A DNA stretch of 43,820 nt from the NCBI RefSeq assembly GCF_001194135.2, contig NC_068982.1, positions 69,734,322 through 69,778,141 on the forward strand, in the 5' to 3' direction. Each line of letters starts with the position of its first letter. Position 1 is the stretch's first letter. The stretch is from Octopus bimaculoides. Taxonomy: Eukaryota. Under the pieces are notes generated by a model. It worked only from the letters and a program-made list of their open reading frames with translations. It was not told the origin of the DNA and did not search any database. A program made the position numbers and the translations under genes. Below are positions 36,889-43,820 of this stretch, piece after piece.

Positions 36889-37128
36889 CTACACTTGGCA
36901 ACTCCGTAGGCACCACAATCTCTACTAGCGACGATGAAGAATTACCACCAAAACTCAAAGAAGACAGCAAACACTCTGACCCTGATGATCTGTCAACAGA
37001 TATTCATGAAGAATTAATATCTTATTCAACAGCAAGAAGCTACTCAACAGAAAATCTGCACTCATCGCCACCTACCGACACGAAACACACGATACTTTCA
37101 ACTACCAATCTGGATTCCACCAAGCAAG
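36889..37128 (+). CDS. Acidic Ser/Thr-rich (mucin-like) exon, copy 1 (phase 1 to 1)
   Basis: ctctatctag acceptor and CAAG|gtaatt donor; 240 bp, open: ATLGNSVGTTISTSDDEELPP...STNLDSTKQ. Confidence 0.7.
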
Positions 37129-37165
37129 GTAATTTGAAATTTAGCCTCATTCACATATCCATGTT

Positions 37166-38240
37166 TATAACTCAACATATCGACTCCTTACTTGTTTTTC
37201 TAAAATGCACCATAAATGTTCAATAATATTGAGATCTGGGGACTGTGGTGGCCAGATAAGATGTTCAACATAACTAGAATGTTCCTCGTGCCATTCAGTA
37301 ACAACTTTAGCTAAGCGAATTGGTACATTATCAGCTTGAAAGATTGCGTTTCTCTCCGGAAACAGTTCCACAACCATAGGATGAATTTGATCAGATAAAA
37401 TGCTCAAATAGTCTCGACTATTAATTCTGCCGTGAAGGAAAACCATTGGGCCGGCGGATTTCCAAGATATAGCCCCACAAATCATCACAGATCCTCATCC
37501 ATGTTTAACAGTTGGAAGAAGGCTGTCTGAGTCAAATGCTTCTTTTGGCTGTCTCCACACGTATACTCGGCCGGTGTTCGGAAATATGGTAAAGGATGAC
37601 TCGTCTGAGAAAATAACATTCTTCCACTGCTCTAGGGACCAATTCTCTAGGTTTTTACTCCACTCTAAATGCTTTGCAACGTTTGCTTTTGAACGTAGTG
37701 GTTTTCTGATTGCAGCCCTCCCGTGAAATCCGGCATTGTGCAGCTCCCGTGGAAACTGGGTTCTCGAGGTGGTCATTAAGCTCTGGAGTAATTTGAGAGC
37801 TATAATTTTGTGATTGTTTCTAACAATTAGCGTAAGCGTCTGACGGTCCCTATCTGAAAGTTTTAGTTTTCTTCCGGAGTTTTGTTTCGACGAGGAGGAT
37901 TTTCCCTCTTTCTCAAAAACTGACATTACTTTCGAGACAGTACTTCTTGATACACCAAACATTTCGGTGGTTTTCGTTACGCGATCGCGTGCCATACGAA
38001 CACCAACAATTTGACCTCTTTGAAAGTCCGATAGATCTGTCATTTTAATGAATTTTAATTACCTTTTTTTTTTATTATATCTGAAAAGAAAGAGCAATTT
38101 TAGCAAAACATATTAAGCAACACTAATAATAAATGGGAAAAAAATAAATAAACAAGCTTTTGACGGTTTTATATATATTTCAAAATTACGATGCTATGAT
38201 GCATTATTTCCATTATTTCCATTATTTTGTCCAAACCCTG
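37166..38240 (-). mobile_element. Tc1 copy lacking its 3' end; near-complete transposase with one in-frame stop and a compensated frameshift
   Basis: MTDLSDFQRGQIVG..., SDES / FQADN / SPDLNIIE (DD34E-type triad); GGA to TGA at 37495-37497. Confidence 0.95.
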
Positions 38241-38348
38241 GATACACAAAGTTTTTAATTATATAAATAAAATTACATGAGCAACTACTGGGATGCTCCA
38301 CATGCTAGAAGACGCCAAATGGCTCTAAAACTACCTTATTTATCGCAT

Positions 38349-38885
38349 AGACACGGACTGAAGGCGTGGGAATGAACAAACAAAGATGTTTTTTAAAATG
38401 TTTTGCCGTAGATCGATTTCTGGTTTAGGTATGTAATACCCTTTACCGTCCTCAGTATGACATAACTGAAAGTACATAATTATAAGGTTGTCAAGAAAGT
38501 TCTTGCGGATTTTAACCTTTAAATTCGGATGCACATATCTTGGTTCAAACAAAACTTTATTAATCGAAATAAACACCATCAAAATCAACACACTTTTGCC
38601 AATGTGAAACAAGTTTATTTATGTCAGTAGCGAAAAATCCTGCGTTTTGGCGGCGATGAAGTTGTTGAAGGCATGTTTGGCATCGTCTTGGCTTTTGAAG
38701 CATTTCTCACGCAGGAAGTTGTCGAGATGCTTAAAAGAGTAGTAGTCGGTAGACACGGGCTGAAAACGAGGGAATGAACAGAAAAAGATTTTTTAAAAAA
38801 TGTTTAGCCATAGATCGATTTCTGGTTTAGGGATGTAATACGCTTTTACCGTCATCAGTATGACATAACTGAAAGTACATAATTA
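38349..38885 (+). repeat. Pair of ~134-bp direct repeats (38349-38482 and 38751-38885) bracketing the mariner fragment
   Basis: AGACACGG...GATCGATTTCTGGTTTAGG...CAGTATGACATAACTGAAAGTACATAATTA occurs twice. Confidence 0.9.
38483..38752 (-). mobile_element. Hsmar1-like mariner 3' end with TIR
   Basis: PTDYYSFKHLDNFLREKCF..INKLVSHWQKCVDFDGVYFD*; TIR TAAGGTTGTCAAGAAAGTTCTTGCGGATTTT next to TA. Confidence 0.9.
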
Positions 38886-39054
38886 AAAACATTTAAACAC
38901 ACCATACAAACACAATGTATCCACATTGCATATACAAATGTTCACATTTATACACAAGTTATAATTCAATACATCGTATTAATTTTTACCTAAATGGTTT
39001 TTTACATGCTAGCTACTTAATAAAATCCTATATAGATTTTATCATTGATTATAA

Positions 39055-39085
<31 letters not shown>

Positions 39086-39421
39086 NNNNNNNNNNNNNNN
39101 NNNNNNNNNNNNNNNNNNNNNNNNNNNNNNNNNNNNNNNNNNNNNNNNNNNNNNNNNNNNNNNNNNNNNNNNNNNNNNNNNNNNNNNNNNNNNNNNNNNN
39201 NNNNNNNNNNNNNNNNNNNNNNNNNNNNNNNNNNNNNNNNNNNNNNNNNNNNNNNNNNNNNNNNNNNNNNNNNNNNNNNNNNNNNNNNNNNNNNNNNNNN
39301 NNNNNNNNNNNNNNNNNNNNNNNNNNNNNNNNNNNNNNNNNNNNNNNNNNNNNNNNNNNNNNNNNNNNNNNNNNNNNNNNNNNNNNNNNNNNNNNNNNNN
39401 NNGAGAGAGAGAGAGAGAGAG

Positions 39422-39478
<57 letters not shown>

Positions 39479-41170
39479 CAGATATTACAGGGAACCCGTA
39501 ATGGTTCGAGGCATATCAAAGTGATGCTGCGTCAGAAATTGTCAAGGTGGAACGACACAAAGCAGACAGTTATTCAATCCATTATCATGGCATAAAATGC
39601 ATCGATGAAGGGAAGTTCACTGTTGTTAGGTAATCCACAACCACGATTGTATCCGAAAGTATCCAACAAGGAATGAAACTTAAAGCGTGACCTAAAACAT
39701 ACTGAAAACAGATGAATTGGTTATCTGGTATCGTCACAATTGTTTCATTAACTTTCTTTATTGTGACCTGAAGATAGTACAGCCACTATGCAATATTAAC
39801 GATAGCTATAAGATTACGTAATATATTATTCAACTTTCAATTCACCAGCGAGCAGTGGCATGTTCAGTGATCAACAGTCTATCAACAAGTGACATTTTAA
39901 ATAGAGTTACCAGCGTTTAAATAGTGTAAAGTAGATGAACCCTTAATCGATCGATCAACAAGTGTATGTAGCAAAGTGGTGTTGTAAATTAAAGAATAGT
40001 TTATGACATTTCCATACCAACAATGTCATTAAATTTCGTCACCTGATTGATCAAGGCTAGCAGTGTCAGAAAATGCTTGTATACTAGCGGAGAGCAGGCA
40101 CCAAGAATAGCATTTGACCCTATCAAAAGATATTCAAAGAACAGCCACTAACCCTATTCATCGAAGATCCATTTACATTACTATATTGTTTTGAAGTTTT
40201 CTACACTATGGACCAGCCTGACTAATAAAAACTAGCGTTTTCTATCTAGCGTTTTCTATCTAGCGTTTTCTATCTAGTTCCTTAATTAATTAATTTTGAT
40301 ACAACTACTCCAATTAATTGTTACAGAACTGACTGAATATTAGCCGTAGTCAATGCAGAATCAGCTAATTATAAGTCAAGAATAAATAATGAACACCTTA
40401 TAATTCTACGCCCTACCGTTCTATTTTTCATTATTTCGTTTTTCGCTTTAATTTTAACTACTTCTGATATAATTCGTGAATATTTTATCCTCTGATGTTT
40501 AAACAATAATTGTCTCCTTCTTATGAGTGGTTTTGTATATTCAATCTGTTAAAGAAGAAAACTTCATAAATAAAGATTATTCAAAGGTGTTGACAAGTTA
40601 GCATTTGAGTCTGATAGTTTCACGGAATATTGGGTAAATGACCAGCGTTTGAGAAGCTCCTGCATACAAAGCATAATTGTACTTGACATTCAACTCAAGA
40701 TACTTAGCATAAAACACTGCATAGCCATTTCAGTTCTTTGACAGGAATATTACTTCAGGAACAGATTTTCTCATTAACAAATTTAAAATCAACACTTTTA
40801 AAATGAATTAAGAACGAAACAGTTTTCTCACAGCATACAATCCTACGCTGCACATATCATTGAGCTGTACTTTCTCACATTTACTATTGACTAAAACACA
40901 CATAGTGAGCTTATAAAATATGTATTTTACAAGAGACACGGTGTCACGAACTACGCACATGAAGTCTTCAATTAAAACGGGAGTAATCTAACACGTCATG
41001 TTAGTTACAGTATTTTACATCAGTAACTTCACGGCTGAACAATATATTCCGAATCTGAGAACATTTTAGGGGCTGGTAATTAAACTGCTAAAATAAGCTA
41101 TCGTTTTTCTATAATGTTCTTTTGATATTGATTTACAATTATTTGGGTACATAATCGTAATAATGATAAT

Positions 41171-41387
41171 TATGGTTTCAAATTTTCCACAAGAGCAGCC
41201 ACTTTGGGGGAGGGGATGTGTCGATTACGTCGACCCCAGTACTCAACTGGTACGTAATTTATCGACCCCGAAAGGATGAAAGGCAAAGTCGACCTAGGCG
41301 GAATTTGAACTCAGAACGTAGCGACAGGCGAAATAACGCGAAGTATTTAGCCTGCAGTGCTAATGAGTCTGCCAGCTCGCCGCCTTT
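41171..41387 (-). mobile_element. Full-length tRNA-derived SINE, tail type A
   Basis: AAGGCGGCGAGCTGGCAGA head, B-box GTTCAAATTCC, and conserved core. Confidence 0.9.
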
Positions 41388-41399
41388 GTAACAATGATA

Positions 41400-41620
41400 A
41401 TAATCCTTTCTACTATAGGCACAAAGCCTGAAATTTTGGGGGAAGGGGCCAATCATTTAGATCGACCCTAGTACGCAACTGGTACTTATTTTATCGACCC
41501 CCGAAAGGATCAAGGGCAAAGTCGGCTTCGGCGGAATTTGAACTCAGAACGTAGAGACGGGCAATATACCGCTAAGCAATTCGTCCAGCGTACTAACGAT
41601 TCTGCCAGCTCGCCGCCTTT
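41400..41620 (-). mobile_element. Full-length tRNA-derived SINE, tail type B
   Basis: Same head and core as the neighbour; tail matches 30190-30220. Confidence 0.9.
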
Positions 41621-41730
41621 GTAACTATGTTCGTGTCTATATTTACATCTATCTGTTTATTTATCCGTCTATCTATTTGTGTGTCTGTTTCTCTGGCTAT
41701 CAATATAACACACATACACACACACACACT

Positions 41731-41812
<82 letters not shown>

Positions 41813-41831
41813 TATGTATTTTTCTATCCAG

Positions 41832-42175
41832 CTACATCTGGCAACTCCATAAACATTACAACCAGTACCAGCGAAAATAACAAACACTCTGACACTGAGG
41901 AATCACCAACAGATATCGATGATCCATCAACAGATATCGATGGTCCATCAACAGATATCGATGGTCCATCAACAGATATCGATGGTCCATCAACAGATAT
42001 CGATGGTCCATCAACAGATATCGATGGTCCATCAACAGATATTGATGGTGAAGAATTTATACCTTATTCGACTACAAGCAGCTACTCAACAGAAAATAAG
42101 CATTCATTGCCATCTACTGACATGAAACACTCGATACACCAAACTACCAACCTGAATTCCCCCCCAGCAAGATAA
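41832..42175 (+). CDS. Mucin-like exon, copy 2, with expanded TDIDGPS repeats; donor lost, reads into a stop (terminal exon or pseudo-exon)
   Basis: ttttctatccag acceptor; frame open through the repeats. One extra base in the C-run and ag|ataagt in place of ag|gtaatt; TAA at 42173-42175. Confidence 0.55.
41909..42049 (+). repeat. 21-bp coding minisatellite, about 6.7 copies (ACAGATATCGATGGTCCATCA)
   Basis: Directly visible; in frame. Confidence 0.98.
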
Positions 42176-42520
42176 GTTGAAATTTAGCCTCATTCATGTA
42201 TTCATGCTTATAACACAACACACAGTCGGCCCACACGACCACATCAAAGACAACTACGTATATATGAATGGTGGGTAATATCTGCGTTACTCGTGCATTC
42301 AGAAAAACGTGCGCAGATCCATCTGTCGGCATGAACATATCAACAGAAGTTTCCACAAAACCTGACTGCTACACACACTCTCACATGGTTATATATATAT
42401 ATATATATATNNNNNNNNNNNNNNNNNNNNNNNNNNNNNNNNNNNNNNNNNNNNNNNNNNNNNNNNNNNNNNNNNNNNNNNNNNNNNNNNNNNNNNNNNN
42501 NNNNNNNNNNNNNATATATA

Positions 42521-43820
42521 CGACTGAGTACCCAAAAGTAACCGTAAACGTTCCCTGTGGAAGCCGGTTGTAGTTCATGTTTCTACTGCTAAAGGCCACT
42601 CGATGCCACCGTACAGCATTAGTTTGCCAACCGACGTTGTTCGGTGAGGTCATACTGCCACGTGGTACGTCTTTGTTTTGCAGTGCTCCTCCGCTGTTCG
42701 TCGATTTTTGCGATTGCTGAAACGAAGGAACAACGTGCTTCCGGGAAATTCTGTTTTCCGCTGGGGAAAACGGTGGCCGAAACAGTTGCAATGCTTCACA
42801 TACCTTACAAGGATACTATCACGAGCAGAACACGAGTTAACTAGTGGTTTCCATGCTTTTGGAATGGTCACTTGTGGCTTGAAGACCAACCTCATTCAGG
42901 ACGACTGTCGACCTCCTGAACAAATGAGAACATTATGAAAATTCATGAACTGACCTTGGAGGAGAGGACCGTCACCGAATACTTAACGAACGTGTTGATA
43001 TGACTGGAGCTCCTGCCAATGAATTTTGACCAAGGGATGAAAAAATTTGCAGCAAAATTTGTGCCTCGCCTGCTTACGGAAGATCAAAAACAGTCACGAC
43101 TGAATGAGTGGCGTGAACTGAAAGAACTGTTGAAAATTGATCCGAACCTTTTGTGACGGTCATCACTGGTGAAAAAGCAGGTGCTATGGCTTCGACTCCG
43201 AAACGAAGCGGTAATCAAGTCAATGAAAGCATTCGATGTCTCCACGTCCTCCAAAAGCATTTCAAGTGAAGTGCAATGCCAAGCTGATGCTAATTTGTTT
43301 AATCGATGCGAAAGACATTGTCCACACAGAATTTGTTCCTCCCTGTCAAACTGATAACCAGACATTTTACTTGACAGTTCTGAAGCGTTTGCGAGATGCG
43401 GTGAGACGAAAACGCCCCGACCTGTGGCAAATTGGAGAGTAGTGGCTTCATCACGGCAATGCACCGGCACACACTGCCTTGAGTGTGAGACAGTTTTCGC
43501 CAAAAAATGGCATGATCTCGCTGACCCACCCTCCCTATTCGCCCGATCTTAGTCACTGCGACCTTTTCTTGTTCCCCCGAATGAAAAAGTCTTTATAGGA
43601 AAACGTTGTGCAGATGTGGAAGAGGTGACGAAAAAAAACGACGGAGGCGTTAAAAGGCATCATTTCGCAAAGCGTTCCGGGACTATTTCGAACAGTAGAA
43701 AATGGGTCTGAACCGATGCATTGCTTCAAATGAAGAATACTCTGAAGGCAATAAAAGTGTAAACATGTAACAACTAAGTGAATAAAATAATATTGCAAAA
43801 TTACGGTTTCTTTTGGGTAC
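42521..43820 (+). mobile_element. Full-length mariner (D,D34D type), decayed; right TIR runs off the window
   Basis: TA-CGACTGAGTACCCAAAAGTAACCGTAA matches TTACGGTTTCTTTTGGGTAC at the window end; KFVPRLLTEDQK, HPPYSPDL motifs; multiple stops. Confidence 0.95.

Noticed and set aside
8932-39519. Long ORF-track entries made of X, YI, CV, TH or M runs
   Set aside because: Artefacts of N gaps and microsatellites.
39490-39630. Exon-like stretch GNP*WFEAYQ...KFTVVR
   Set aside because: In-frame stop and no recognisable homology.
40231-40277. Three copies of CTAGCGTTTTCTAT
   Set aside because: Simple slippage duplication with no further structure.
41255-41620. tRNA-like A/B boxes
   Set aside because: SINE heads, not tRNA genes; no cloverleaf.
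41909-42049. Regular short repeats as a possible CRISPR array
   Set aside because: No spacers; it is a head-to-tail coding minisatellite in a eukaryote.

Overview
Eukaryotic, repeat-saturated genomic DNA with many N gaps, mostly next to microsatellites. The SINE families, microsatellite load and a mollusc-type membrane-protein terminal exon point to an octopod cephalopod (inference). The ORF track misses the main host gene because it is split into short exons on the + strand (1418-23874). This gene encodes a type I membrane glycoprotein whose module (discoidin/F5-8C-like beta-domain half, Cys linker, S/T stalk) is tandemly duplicated. It ends in a CxC-helix-TM exon with a 4-residue KKIF tail. 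One linking exon cannot be located and may lie in a gap. A second ~5 kb-spaced duplication (36.2-37.2 kb and 40.8-42.2 kb) carries an acidic mucin-like exon; one copy has gained an in-frame 21-bp minisatellite and lost its splice donor. The rest is decayed transposable elements: Tc1, mariner, Penelope-like, RTE, CR1, R4/Dong-like, Helitron, a SAP/SWIM-encoding DNA element, SINEs and a foldback MITE. Several hammerhead-ribozyme relics are also present. No intact transposase or RT ORF, rRNA, tRNA gene or CRISPR array was found. All family assignments come from motif recognition, not database searches.
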